Source: Mustelus asterias (Eukaryota). From it: DNA of 64,000 bases. The notes beneath the pieces are model-generated. The model ran no database searches. It was not told the DNA's origin and worked only from the letters and a program-made list of their open reading frames with translations. Positions 25,772 through 39,541 of the stretch are shown here, piece after piece. Positions within the stretch are counted from its first letter, which is position 1. Each line of letters starts with the position of its first letter. Both the position numbers and the translations under genes were made by a program. The stretch covers positions 90,334,001 through 90,398,000 of the forward strand of contig NC_135801.1 of assembly GCF_964213995.1 (NCBI RefSeq), written 5' to 3'.

Positions 25772-26386
25772 CTAAAAGAAAGGAATTTAAAAACTTAAAC
25801 CTGACTGCAGTCAAATATACTACAAATGGTCCGGAAAGATCACTGCGAATCATTGTTCAAACAACAATTAGCGTCCGTTTCTCAAACAGATCTTGTATGA
25901 AATAATCTTTTACGTCAAATAAATGATTCCAACATAAACTGAAAGCTGCATGGTAAATGTTTTTTCTGCTTTGTTTTATTCACTGTTGAAAGGCACTAAA
26001 AAAAACTCTCAGTTTCAAACTTTACAAGCCTACCAATATGCCAGTTTCATGACACTGGCAGCTTTTGGTACTTTACCCATGTTGTTGTTCTCTATATAGG
26101 AAATTGAACAGCAAACATCAATGGCTGATTCAGAATCACAGACAAGCATCACACCATCTTCACCAGTTTTCCACAAATTCCAGCAAGACTCACCAAGTAA
26201 TATCTGGGTTGGATTTTTGTGTGATTAAGCACACTGGAGCTAAAATCAACTCACCATCAGGATCGTGCCACAAGCTATAAATCGTTTTCACATGGAGTTG
26301 TTAGAATTATTAGCTCCCAAAACAAAACAAAAAGTTGGCAGTTTTGAAAACATGTATTAAAATGCTAATCAAAGTTTACATGACGT

Positions 26387-26713
26387 GGGTGGCACAATGG
26401 TTAGCACTGCTGCCTCACAGTGCCAGGGACCGGGATTCGATTCCCGGCTTGGGTCACTGTCTGTGTGGAGTTTGTACATGCTCCCTATGTTTGTGTGGAT
26501 TTCCTCCGGGTGCTCCGGTTTCCTCCCACAGTCCAAAGATGTGCGGGTCAGGTTGATTGGCCATGCTAAATTGCCACTTAGTGTCTGGGAGACTAGCAGG
26601 GTAAATACATGGGGCTATGGACATAGGGACTGGATGGGATTGTGGTCAGTGTAGATTCAATGGGCTGAATGGCCTCCTTCTGCACTGTAGAAATTCTATG
26701 ATTCTATTCTATG
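26387..26713 (+). mobile_element. HE1 SINE (V-SINE), full length
   Basis: GGTGGCACAATGGTTAGCACTGCTGCCTCACAG...GGTTTCCTCCCACAGTCCAAAGATGTGC...CTATGATTCTA tail. Confidence 0.88.
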
Positions 26714-27084
26714 TATAGGCAAAAATGTGAAAAAATATGCTTTTATATGTATTTGCACTTCCAATATTAATTTAAAAATTGCAGAGCAGAACAAAGCAGA
26801 GGGGCAGGAATAGTTGCAGATTGTTCAACCTCTTGTTCCATCATTCAATTAATTCATGATTGATCTAACCATGCAATGAAGGAGTTAGAAAATAAAGCAG
26901 CTGGAAAAGTAGAGGAAAGAGACTTTAAAGGGAAGGATTTATGAAGGTCTGCAGTAAGAAGTTCATCCTAACCTTCCATCCAGTGTATAGAGGAGAGCCA
27001 ATTCAGCAGTGAGATCCCAGTTTTATTGCATTCAATCAAGGGAGGAAAAGTCAATCATGCTGTATTCTTTCTTGCATTTTTCAA

Positions 27085-29376
27085 TACCATCCTGAACATT
27101 GTGGCCGGGGACTTCAATCAGGCCAAGCTCAAGAGTGTACTACCAAGTTATAACCAACACATCTCCTGTTCCACCAGGGACCAAACATCCTAGACCACTA
27201 CTACACAAATATCAAACATGCCTACTGCTCTATCGCCCTCCCACGCAAATCAGACCACAAAGCTGTGCTCCTGCTCCTGGCTTACAAGCAAAAACTGAAG
27301 TGGGAAAATCCATCAAAGAAAGTCGTGCAATGTTGGTCTGAGGAATCGGATAATCTCCTACGGGACTGCTTGGAGTCAGTGGATTGGTCAGTATTTAAAA
27401 ACTCTGCGACCAGCCTGAACGAGTACGCCACTGCAGTAACTGACTTCATTAGTAAGTGTGCAAAAGACTGTGTGCCAAAGAAGCAAATCCGTGTGTTCCC
27501 CAACCGGAAACCATGGATGAACAGGGATATCCGCTGCTTGCTGAAGTCCAGGTCTGAGGTGTTTAAGTCAGGCAACCCTGACCTATACAAGAAAGCCAGA
27601 CACGATCTAAGGAGATCCATCAAAAATGCCAAAAGACAGTACCAGACGAAGCTAGAGTCCCAGGCTAGCCACACAGACCCCGTCGACTATGGCAAGGTCT
27701 GCAAGACATAACAGGTTACAAGATAAAGGCATGTAAAATCACTGGCTCCAATGCACCCCTCCCTGATGAGCTCAATGCATTCTATGCCCGTCAGCGAGGG
27801 CAGCGAGAACATGCCTTCCACCCTGGAAGCCCTGGCTGGACCTGTATCTGGGGTCACCATTGCAGGTGTCAGAGCAGCTTTTTCGAAGGTCAACCCACGG
27901 AAAGCGACTGGCTCAGATGGGGTACCCGGACGAGCACTCAGATCCTGCATGGATCAGCTGGCAGGGTATTGGCAGACATCTTCAACCTCTCTTTACAACA
28001 ATCTGAGGTCCCTATCTGCTTTAAGACGATGACCATCATCCCGGTACCAAAGAAAAACCAAGCAGCGTGCCTTAATGACAATGGCTGGTGGCTCTGACAT
28101 CCATCATTATGAAATGCTTCAAAAGGCTAGTCATGGCACGAATCAATTTCAGCCTCCCAGACTGCCTGGATCCACTAGTTTGCCTATCGCTGCAACAGGT
28201 CCACAGCAGATGCCATCTCCTTGGCCCTGCACTCAACCCTGGAACACCTCGATAACAAAGACACCTATGTCAGACTTCTATTTATTGACTACAGTTCAGC
28301 CTTCAACACCATTATTCCCACGAAACTCATCTCCAAACTCCGTGGCCTGGGTCTTGGCTCCTCCCTCTGCGACTGGATCCTGAACTTCCTAACTCACAGA
28401 CCATAATCAGTAAGGATAGGCAATAACACCTCCTCCACGATCATCCTCAACACCGGTGCCCCACAAGGCTGTGTTCTCAACCCCCTACTATACTCCTTAT
28501 ACACCAAGACTGTGTGGCCAAATTCCTCTCCATTATGATTTTCAAGTTTGCTGATGACACCACCGTAGTGGGGCAGTATAGGAATGAGATAGAGAATGTG
28601 GTGAACTGGTGCGGCAACAATAATCTCTCCCTCAATGTCAACAAAACGAAGGAGATTGTCATTGACTTCAGGAAGCGTAGAGGAAAACATGCCCCTGTCT
28701 ACATCATCGAGGACGAAGTAGAAAGGGTCAAGAGCTTCAAAGTTTTTAGGTGTCCAGATCACCAACAACCTGTCCTGGTCCCCCCATGCCAACATTATAG
28801 TTAAGAAAGCCCACCAATGCCTCTACTTTCTCAGAAGACCAAGGAAATCTAACATGTCAGCTACAACTCTCACCAATTTTTACAGATGCACCACACCATA
28901 GAAAGCATTTTTTCTGGTTGTATCACAGCTTGGTATGGCTCCTTGCTCTGCCCAAGACCGCAAGAAACTACAAAAGGTTGTGAATGAAGCCCAATCAATC
29001 ACGCAAACCAGCCTCCCATCCATTGACTCTGTCTACATTTCCCATTGCCTCGGCAAAGCAGCCAGCATAATTAAGGGCCCCACGCACCCGGACATTCTCT
29101 CTTCCACCTTCTTCCGTCGGGAAAAAGATACAAAAGTCTGAGGTCACATACGAACTGACTCAAGAACAGCTTCTTCCCTGCTGACGTCAGACCTTTGAGT
29201 GGACCTACCTTGCATTAAGCTGATCTTTCTCTACACCCTAGCTATGACTGTAACACTACTTTCTGCGCTCTCTCATTTCCTTCTCTATGAATGGTATGCT
29301 TTGTATAGTGCACAAGAAACAATACTTTTTACTCTATGTTAATACATGTGACAATAATAAATCAAATCAAATCAAA
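27085..29376 (+). mobile_element. Rex1/Babar-type LINE, 5'-truncated and frameshifted
   Basis: ORF pieces [34 protein letters not shown]; tail AATAATAAATCAAATCAAATCAAA. Confidence 0.88.
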
Positions 29377-31109
29377 ACTGAGTTTTCTTTTTGATAGATC
29401 TCTTTCATGAATGTTCCTGAAGTCGAGAGTAAAAATTGAAAATGATCGCAGAATCCAGGAACCAGTATTAACATTTGCTGGTACATAGAAGCTGAATGTT
29501 TATTTTATTCTTGGTTGGCCATCAGGAATGTGTCCAAGACCATCCATGAGGAAACAGATGACCATCCCTATACCCGCTACGCCCAACAGTTTGAACGAGA
29601 CTAGCAACTCATTAGACAGAGAAACACCAAGCATTTTTAATTCTTTTAATAAGTTCACATTATTTTAACCAGTCTCAATAGATTTGTTGTAAAAGATAGG
29701 TTAAAATCCAGCTGTTTATTCACACAATATTATAAATGAAATATGGCGATCACAAACTGGATGCATATTTTAAGTAGTATACAATATTTTGTACATCATA
29801 CTACTTTTCAAAGCTCAGGAAATCTTTTCCAAATAAAAAGAATCTGTCAACCAGAAAGATCATTGCACAATAATGCTTTTATCATCAAAAAGGTCTGAAA
29901 GGTCTGGATACAGATGTTAGTCATTTTATTTATGGCCAACATAGTGGTTTCCACTGACAACAACATTTCCTTTTGAAGGAACTACCCAAAACTCGAAACC
30001 TATAGACTCCTAGACCCACTGTTTTTGAGCTCAATATTTCACAAAGCAAAGCTGCAGAAATTAGTTAATCACTCATTGGTGTGAAAAGCCAATATCTGTC
30101 TCCCATTTTATTGCAATGGCTTTCCATTTCCAAACTGGGTGGACAATTGCGGTTGATCATGTGAATGAAACTGACTTCAGATCATAAATCTGAAGTGTTT
30201 CAGATCACAAACCCACGAACGAGAGAGAAACTAGTCAGTCTGTACTGAACTCCTGCTACAGGACATCAGCAACAAGAAAAAGGCTGTAGGGCCACACTTT
30301 TTTAAACCTGGAGAGTGCTACATCTTAAAAGTTTCCCAGCCTGGTTTCTTTTCAGAGTTTACCAGTACAGAAACTTGACATCCTGTTAAGGAAACTACAT
30401 GTGTCTCACTTGATAACTTGCTGAGGGAATCCTGCAATCATCTTGATATACAACTATCTAGACGATCCTTCAGATCTCAAACAATGATGAGACAGAGTGC
30501 AGGAATGAGATAGAGAATGTGGTGAACTAGTGCGGACGATCCTTCAAACACCTTCAACAGACCTGCAATTAATACTGTTCCGACAAGTGAATTAGGAACT
30601 ATTCTTTTGTTTACAACTAGTAAAAGTGCACTATCCTCTTTACCTAATATTTTTTGCATGTGTGAGTTTGCGAGTGACAAGTGATCTACACAGTGTTAGA
30701 CTTCTGGGGTGAATGTGAGAATAAATAATATTCTTTATTTAAACTCATGAAATCCTGCTGCTGATTCTTCAAATATTGACCACACATTCAAGTTGAAAAA
30801 CACACACATCTTTCCAAATAAAAACACACTGATCATGGAGAGTAAAGAAAGGAAATGTGGAGCTCAGTCTTCTTTCATCCCTGTCTGTACACTCTGAAAG
30901 AACAACCATAATGCCATGCTCTGCTAATGTCAAGTAGACTCAAGAATGTGCTGTATAAATATATTTAGGATGTCAAATATAAGACTGGTTCACAATGTAT
31001 GACTGTTAATTTAAGTCACTGAGTAATGTTCTTCTTGTGTTTACCTTGTTTTACTCTTTTTATTGTATCTTAATTATTTTGCTTCATTAATGATTGTTCA
31101 GAACATGTT

Positions 31110-31508
31110 TGTTCAGGATGTATGTTAGAATGTAACTGCAAGGCATGACAGTTAAGTTTAGCTAAAGATGTATGTAGCAAGTTGACCTGTAAGCTGTTAC
31201 TATCAGATGTGAAATCACAAGCTGCACGTTGCAGGCCTGGGGTAGCTGTATCTGAATTACCTGTTGTACCAGAAAGATCTGTTAAAATGATGTGAGGAAC
31301 GTGCACGCCTGCTTTGTGCTTAGGGATGGACAATGAAGTAATTTAACCCAATCATATTGCTTGCACATAAGTTCTATCTAACTGGGCAACACAAATCCAA
31401 GGGGATTAGTGTTAATTTATCACATTAAATTGAATAAATCTGTTTTGCTTATCTATTCCACACTTGTGTGGTTCTTGATCAGTCAGGAACTAGTGGTTAA
31501 ACTTACAC
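31110..31508 (+). mobile_element. Possible solo LTR
   Basis: TG...CA bounded ~400 bp with CCAAT and AATAAA (~31433); no clear TSD. Confidence 0.3.
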
Positions 31509-33099
31509 TAGCATTGTAAATTTATTTCCTATGTATCTTCTCAGAACTGTAACAAACACGAAAAAAGATTTTTTAAAGACTTTTGACTCACACAAGTTTG
31601 CTCAATGATTTTAAAACTCTGCGCTTTCTCCATCTTGTAATCAGTACAATATTTTTCTACAAAAATATTCTGCTGACTATAATAAATATGGAGTTATTGA
31701 GTTAGATTTTCTTTCAGTTTTGGTGTAGAAATCCTACTGGAGTTTTCAAAGCTTGGCAGTGTAATTCTGACAATTATTAAACTAAATTATTTACCTTGAC
31801 GTACATAGATCTCGATCAATGGACTTTACAATCATGTATCCAAGGGCAGGGTCAGGCCATTCAATTAAAATTAAAACATTTGTGGGTTTTGCTTTAACAT
31901 ACATTTTATTGACAGCTCTATGAATTGAAGAAACAAATATTTAAATTTCTTTGGCTCCATTTTTTTTTAAACTTAAAACAACCATTTCTTAATATGTTTT
32001 GTTAAATTGGCTACTCTATCTGAAGCCATTAGAAATCATAGAAATCATAGAAACCCTACAGTGCGGAAGGAGGCCATTCGGCCCATCGAGTCTGCACCGA
32101 CCACAATCACACCCAGGCCCTATCCCTACATATTTACTTGCTAATCCCTCTAACCTACGCTAATCCCTCTAACCTACGCATTAGAGAGATGGTAAGGTTA
32201 GAGGGAGACTCAAACTTTCACATAATGATTCACGTTCACAACTCTGTATCCAGACCAGTCTGCATTCTGGATTAGTATAGTAGATATTGCTCTTTCATTA
32301 ATTTCTATCTTCCAGAAGGGATAATTCAATCATAAGTCAGAGTAAATCTACAATGTCATTGGAACTAGCTTTTTCCACCAAAGCTTTTTGAAATCTCAAA
32401 CCCGAATTCAACCTGCCTCAAACATACACACTTCTTGACAGAGGTGGGCAACCAGCCCATTCCCAGGAGGCAGCTTAATTTAAACATATTAATGAATCTG
32501 CATGCCTCAGATTTTCTCTTTTTCAGCTCCAACACTGGCCAGCCAGGTTTCTCAGTTTCCAGCACTGCTCCGGGCCAAGATGAGCATGAGTGCTTATTGT
32601 GATCTCTCCAACCTACCCTGTTTCTCATTCCATGCAGTTAGGACCCCCTCCCCTTAACAATCACATTCTCAATACCCTATGATCTCCGGCACCTCTGATT
32701 TCCCTTATCTCTGTTTGACACCCCCTCCTCGCCCATGCCTCCATGATCACCCCGACTCTCATGAACCACACTGTACCCATCCCCTGCTTCACGATTTCCA
32801 TTTGCCTGTCCCTGATTTTGGCCCTTTCTGGAATGTTCCCCACACAACAGGAGCCCAGCCTGTCAACCATACTGGCGTCTGGACCTTGGAACTGGTTTAA
32901 AAAAAACTCCACAGTGATTTGGGAAACCCAGGCTACCAGAATGTTCCATCAGAACTCTCGCCACTCACACTGCTATCCCCAAGCATTTAAATCCCACTCA
33001 GCCCAGGAAACACTGAGGCCAATGTTTCTGCTCTGTTATCTATTTATAAAATGCTTACCCAGCAAAATGCTTATTCCACCATTTACCACAAGAGGCTGA

Positions 33100-33345
33100 A
33101 TTTGTTTTTTTATTCATTCAAGGGGTGTGAGCTTCATTGGTTAGGCTGGCATTTATTGCCCATCCCTAATTGCCCTGGAGAAGGTGATGGCAAGCAGCCT
33201 CCTTGAAACTCTGCAGGCCGTGTGTTGTCGGTACACCCACAGTACTGTTAGGGAGGGAGTTCCAGGATTTTGACCCAGCGACAGTGAAGGAACGGTGATA
33301 AATATCCAAGGCAGGATGGTGTGTGACTGGGAGGGGAACCTGTGT
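33100..33345 (-). mobile_element. CR1-group LINE 3' end
   Basis: Reverse complement of the family 3' UTR (GGCAATAAATGCCAGCC). Confidence 0.75.
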
Positions 33346-33664
33346 GTCAAACAAGTTCAATGCCCTATGACAATTATTTAGAAAATTTAAAAAAATTTAT
33401 AAAGCAGAAAACAAGATTATCATACTTTTGTCCAAATATGAAAATTGGATCTGAGTGATGAATTAATGAGCCTAATTCCACCTTGATGTCCAATGCGTAC
33501 ACAAATGTGAATGTGCACAAGAAACATTTAAATGATAGAAATGCTATACGGGGGTGGCACTTCATGTTACAGAATTTAACAGCCAATTCAATATATTTAA
33601 CAGTCGGTAGCTGCGGGTGCTAACACTGATGATAGGAAGAGTTCAGCTCATAGTGTCTGCTCAC

Positions 33665-33805
33665 CTGCTGTCCCATTCAAAGCAGCACTTGCACCTGTCA
33701 GTGTCAGCAAGCCACCATCTTTGAGATGTTTTGTAGCTAAATGGCTGGAGATTGTTGATGTCCACATGCTCTGTTTCCACATCAAGTCAGCGTTTTTATA
33801 AAGAG
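33665..33805 (-). CDS. QDPR: QDPR exon 4
   Basis: 141 nt; [47 protein letters not shown](G). Confidence 0.98.
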
Positions 33806-34500
33806 CTTTGGGAAATAAACAACATTAGTCCACCAATTGGTTATATGTATTCAGGGGAAATACTGCAGCAAAAAAAAAAAATCAAAGGGAAAGAAATCAT
33901 GTTTTCTGAGGTAGCATAAATTCATTACACAATTATTTTTTACTTAGTACATTACAAGGATACAGTGAAGATAATCCAAATATTTTACAGAAAAGATATT
34001 TTCTTTGACATAAGGCTGTGCAGCCATGGGTTAGGACTGGAACTGTTCAATTCTTCTACACTGTGTAGGACAGGTTGACGTTAATTCTTATTTACATATG
34101 TCTGTAAATGACTATCTAAAATATTTACAAAATATATTTACTATTATTTTCCATGCTAAAGTGTACATTTGATCGCTAAATGGCCGAAATGATTTTGGGT
34201 GTATCATGAACAAACAATGTAAATTTAGGCAGATGTAAATTAGAGGTGAATGAAGACAACAGTACTTGTTTCCATGCACAAGTACAGTATTAAAAATTTG
34301 ACTTAAGATGAATCCATCACTGACTCAAGCCATGTGTGAGAAGGTTTAAGAATCTTAAGATATGATTGATAATAGAACTCACGAACATTTGATGCAATGG
34401 AATTTATGAATACTATGGAAGTTACTTTAAAAAAGTTTCTTTGCTCATAAAGCTTACATTCATATCTTATTGTTTAATAGTATAAAATATAGGCACTTAC

Positions 34501-34597
34501 ATTTTGCCTTTGCACTACCACCTGCCCATCCACCCGCTACACAGATAATGGCATCCACCTTCTGTTCCCCAAGAAGACGGGCGACATCTATGGTAAC
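34501..34597 (-). CDS. QDPR: QDPR exon 3
   Basis: 97 nt; [32 protein letters not shown]. Confidence 0.98.
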
Positions 34598-34664
34598 CTA
34601 TAGAAATGAGAGTTGCGTGTTAAAATTAATAGACATCCACATTATAATCTATAACTAAGATATA

Positions 34665-35517
34665 ATGTATTATCTGCTCTGCCTGGATCTGGCAGTGACA
34701 TTTGTTATAACATTAACGATCTGTTCCTGTACTGTATCTGTTAGTAAGTTACTGTAATATTCATTCCTGCTCCACCTCTAGTGCATCTGTCAACAGGTTG
34801 CTGTAACATTCATTACCTGCTCCACCTGTACTGTATGTCAAGTAAATTATGGTAACATTCATTACTTGCTCTGCCTGTACTGTATCTGTAAGTTACTGTA
34901 ACAGTCATTACCTGCTCTGCCTGTTGTAACATTCATTGCCTGCTCCGCCTGTACTGCATCTATTAGTAAGTTATTCTACCATTCATTACCTGCTCCACCT
35001 GTACTGTATCTGTAAGTTATTGTAACATTCAATACCTGCTCCACCTGTACCATATCTGCAAGTAAGGTACAGTAACATTCATAACCTGCTCTACCTGTAT
35101 TGTATAAGTTACTGTAACACTCGTTACCTGATCTACCTGTATTGTATAAATTACAGTAACATTCATTACCTGCTCTGCCTGTATTGTATAAGTTACAGTA
35201 ACAGTCATTACCTGCTCTGCCTGTATTGTATAAGTTACAGTAACATTCATTACCTGCTCCGCCTGTATTGTATAAGTTAGTCACATTCATTACCTGCTCC
35301 GCCTGTATTCTATAAGTTACAGTAACATTCATTACCCGCTGCCTGTATTGTATAAATTACAGTAATATTCATTACCTGCTGCCTGTATTGTATAAGTTAC
35401 AATAACATTCATTACCTGCTGCCTGTATTGTATAAGTTACAGTAACACTCATTACCTGCTGTGCCTTTATTGTATCTGTCAGTAAGTTGCAATAACATGC
35501 ATTACCTGCTCCGCCTG
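34665..35517. repeat. Minisatellite (~40-50-bp unit, ~18-19 copies) derived from the QDPR exon 2 donor
   Basis: Plus-strand unit ATTCATTACCTGCTCCGCCTGTATTGTATAAGTTACAGTAAC; the copy at ~35500 overlaps the real exon 2 end. Confidence 0.95.
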
Positions 35518-35598
35518 CTCAGTGAAGGACTCGCTCATCTTCACAATTATATTCGCATTCGCTTCTTCATTAGACGCGAGATCAATGGAAGCAACCCA
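35506..35598 (-). CDS. QDPR: QDPR exon 2
   Basis: 93 nt; [31 protein letters not shown]; donor CAG|GTAATG. Confidence 0.96.
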
Positions 35599-35880
35599 CT
35601 GCAACCGAGAAAAGTTATTGGATTCAGACGGGAATGAAACTCCACCACAATCTGAAAGACATGGCCGGTTTGTAACCAAGCTAGAGCTTCACTTGTAACC
35701 AACCGGAATGTTTTCAGTGTGGTGGCAAGTGACACAGTTTAACGTTTAATTCATTGTTAAAAATGGGAAATGACAAGTTGCAATCTGAAACCATATGCAG
35801 CATTATTTTCACTCTCACTAAATTATCCGCGCCCCTCCAGCCTGCCTGGGAGATCCTCGTTCCTTCGATTTGCTACATAC

Positions 35881-35973
35881 CCAGTGTTTGGATTTAAAGA
35901 ACTCGACACACTTGCTTCCCAGAGCTCCCTTTCCTCCATATACGATCACTTTATGAGCTGCTGCCATTGCCAT
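35881..35973 (-). CDS. QDPR: QDPR exon 1 (coding part)
   Basis: MAMAAAHKVIVYGGKGALGSKCVEFFKSKHW with Rossmann-type GGxGxLG; donor TGG|GTATGT. The seven exons sum to 723 nt = 240 aa + stop. Confidence 0.96.
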
Positions 35974-36388
35974 TTCTCTCTCTCTGGCGACAGATATGCA
36001 AACGGCAACTAAAGACTTTTAATAAAAGAAGCAATCCCAGCCCACCCCGCAAGAGGAACCGACTCTATCCTGTCTTAGCACCACCCTCCCTCCGGAGGCC
36101 TCACTACACACTACTATGTGTGTGTGTGTATATATAAAGCTGGTAACAGCACAAAGTCAGAGTCACTGTTCTCTCCACTGAGGCCTTTTCTAAATCAACC
36201 AGTAAGGACAATTGGTGGCCTCAAGTGTCATCAAACGAAACAAAGAGGGCATAATGAAGAATGAACTAAATCAGAAAACAAAGGAAATGTAAACTTAACA
36301 GTATTATTCCTGGTGTTTCACATATGCCTTCCAGTCCCTGGTCATGGGAAGACTTGACCTCCTGACCGTGGACAAGATGGTGGAAGAG

Positions 36389-36668
36389 ATCATAGAATCC
36401 CTACAGTGCAGAAGAGGCCATTTGGCCCTATGAGTCCTTACTGACTCTTTGACAGAGTAATTTACCCAGACCCTTTCCCCGTAACTGCACTCATTACCCA
36501 TGGCTAATCCATCTAAACTACACACCTTGGGACACAAAGGAGCAATTTAACATGGCCAATCTACCCAACCTGCACATCTTTGGATGGGTAGGGCCTGGGT
36601 GGGATTGTGGTCGGTGCAGGCTCGATGGGCCGAATGGCCTCCTTCTGCACTGTAGGGTTGCTATGATT
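36389..36668. mobile_element. Two HE1 SINE 3' halves in inverted orientation
   Basis: ATCATAGAATCCCTACAGTGCAGAAGAGGCC ... GGCCTCCTTCTGCACTGTAGGGTTGCTATGAT. Confidence 0.75.
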
Positions 36669-39541
36669 CTTGCTATGATGGAGGCGGTCAAAGTGACCAC
36701 CCCCACTGGGCATTACTAACATGGATCTATGGATGGCACCTTGATGCTAGTTGAATTATTGTGTGGCCCAGCTTTTTCTGTTTAGGTTTTCAGTACTTTT
36801 GCTTTTCACTACACAATATTTGGTAGCCCCAGTGTCTTCAGTAGCGTGTGATCGACACCTTCAAGAGGGCAAGCCAGCTATCTGTTTTCTCACTGTTTCT
36901 ATCTCTGTTTCTCACTTTCTCAGCTTAACTTTATGCTAAAAATAAATACAAAAGTGTTGTTTCATATTCCAGTTATTTACAGTTAATATCCTGGCAGCAT
37001 TTTCTTTCCTGTTGTTTGGCCTCTATTCCCCATACTTTTAGCAAATCTGTCACATTGCATCAAAAATCGAAAAAGCATCAAATGACAAAGCTTCTAATGG
37101 TAGCCCTTTTTTTACACAAAAATGTTCTTAATTAAAAAAAGAAAACCAGAAAATGCCAGAAAATCTCAGCAGGTCTGATAGCATCTGTGGAGAATAAAGG
37201 TAATGTTTTGAGTCTGGATGACCCTTCTCTGTTCTCTCTCCACAGATGCTGTCAGACCTGTTGAGATTTTCCAGCATTTTCTGTTTTTGTTTCAGACTCC
37301 AGCATCCGCAGTAATTGCTTTTACCTCAATTAAAGAAATATAATTTAACTTGCAAATTAATTGACTTTTTTTTTACAACATCTGGGCATTTTCACTGTAA
37401 CATTTGCACAGCATTTTCCAGTATTTTCTGTTTTTGTTTCTGTAATGGCCAGATTTGTTGAATTCAATTTCACAACTTTCTATGGCACGATTTGAACGCA
37501 TGACCTTGTTGTTAACCCAATTTAACAGTCGCAACACTAGCTTACCCAAAATGTGTGCAATCATTCCATTTTCTGAATATCGATTATATTTAGATTATGT
37601 ATACTTGTTCTAAAAAAATCCCTTACTGGCGAACAGGGAATTCCAGTTCTATTCTTTGTTTGTACCAAGAAATAGGTCTGCCCAGTTCAAACCCAAAAAT
37701 CGATGGCCATTTTGTCTGGAAATCTGGCAAACAACTGAAAATGCTGGAAATATATACAATTTCCATCATAATCTAAAGGATTAGTTAGCATTTTTTGTTA
37801 TGGCCCTTCATTGGAAGAATATGGAGGTAAGCCAACCTTTTTATGGGTTACAGATCAAAACAAAGACACAGGGAGAACAATTGATATGGTTAAGAACACA
37901 GGCAACTGGTGGTGCAGAACCTTCTAACCGTTAATGCAATGGTGAAAAGTGCTGGATGGTGCATAGAGATCATTTCACAAAAATAGCAAGAAGGCAAAAT
38001 AATGACAAAAGTTGAGTAAGACAGCACCAAGGTAGTTGGGAATGTGAATGGGAGAAACCAGGAGGATGCTCTGAAAGTCAATGTTGAAGGTAGAGAATTG
38101 AAAGCCACACAGCAGAAAACTGAGATACTGTTGCTGCTGGATTCCTGCCAAACTTTCCAGTTTGCTATGTCCCGCATCACTGTATTGGATCACACAGAAC
38201 TGCTACATTATCCCTCTGGTATTCATATAAATAATAGAGTTTTTGTATAAGACGCACGCTGGGTTACAATTAATTAAATCTTCTCATAATTAGTTCATAT
38301 CATAGTGACTAAACACAATAGTTCCCTTCCTGAAAGACATGAAAGTCAAAACCAACTTCACTGACCAGCTATATTCTTCAGATGTACAAATCTATAGTGT
38401 GCTTGTGATTTATCAGCTTAATTTACACCAGATTGGTCAAGTGTGTTAGACTGGTTATGTAACTTTAACCTGGTGTTGTTAGACTCCTTACTTTCTTTCG
38501 TTAGACCATTTTTCTAAAATTATGATTTTGAAAATCTGGTTTTCACATAACAGGGATTGAAATTGCAGAATTTGATAGTTATTGTTCTCCTTTAAACAAA
38601 ATAATATGATTATATCACAAAGATAATTTTATTCTGAATTTGACACAGTGCCTATCTTGTTGCAGAAGTTTCATTATTTATATGTCTCTTGATAAGCACA
38701 GGATCGTAAGGCAGTGCAAACTAAGCAGCACAGTAACCTAGGAGATAGTCACGTGTGCTGCTTTAAGACTTCTCTCCTAATGAATCACTTATAGTCAGCT
38801 TACACATTCACTTACAGTGTTCCTTTAATGAGAATTGACTTTTTGAAGAAAAATGCCTTTGGCTACCACAGATCCAGAGTGTTTGATTTCCACTGCACTA
38901 ACATATTTAATGAAGATACTTCAACTAAAATGAAGCTGGACTTTATTCATTGAAAAAGAAAAACAATTCAGAAAGATCAATTTGAACAGAATGGATTTTG
39001 GATTACATAAGCAATGAAAGGTAAATTCTGAAATAAATAAGCATGCTAATTGTTTTATTTTTGAAATAATTATTCCTTAAATTCCCAATGTTTCAATTTA
39101 TTTTAATATCCCCACGGGAGGTGGATTTTGGCATGTGGCCAGAAGAATAGAATGGCCTGAACTGCAAACGATTCCATGATTATAAACAATTCAACTCCCT
39201 AATTGTCTAACAGGAGCTGGGTACAAAGAAAAAAATATGGTGTACTCTTTGTTCAAGGAACTGTAAAACTCTGAGCCAAAATTTATTTTTGAATTTCAGT
39301 GTATTTCAATGTAATATGTATCATCTGTAATTTAGTACATATCAGTAACAAATTGCATATTCATATAGAAAGTGCCATTCTGAATGTGACAGTGTTGTGC
39401 AGCTTAGTTCCATTTTTGCCCTGCTGCTAAAAAACTGATTTAGTAATATGAATTGATGGGGATGGAAAAATCTGTACATTTTTCCTACTTCTTGCGAATC
39501 TTATGCTCATCAAAATTATGCTGATCCTGGGGAATGAAGTA

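Noticed and set aside
34665-35517. CRISPR-like array or repeat-protein ORFs (34976-35332, 35029-35250)
   Set aside because: Eukaryotic intron, no unique spacers, no cas genes; the ORFs are by-products of the repeat unit.
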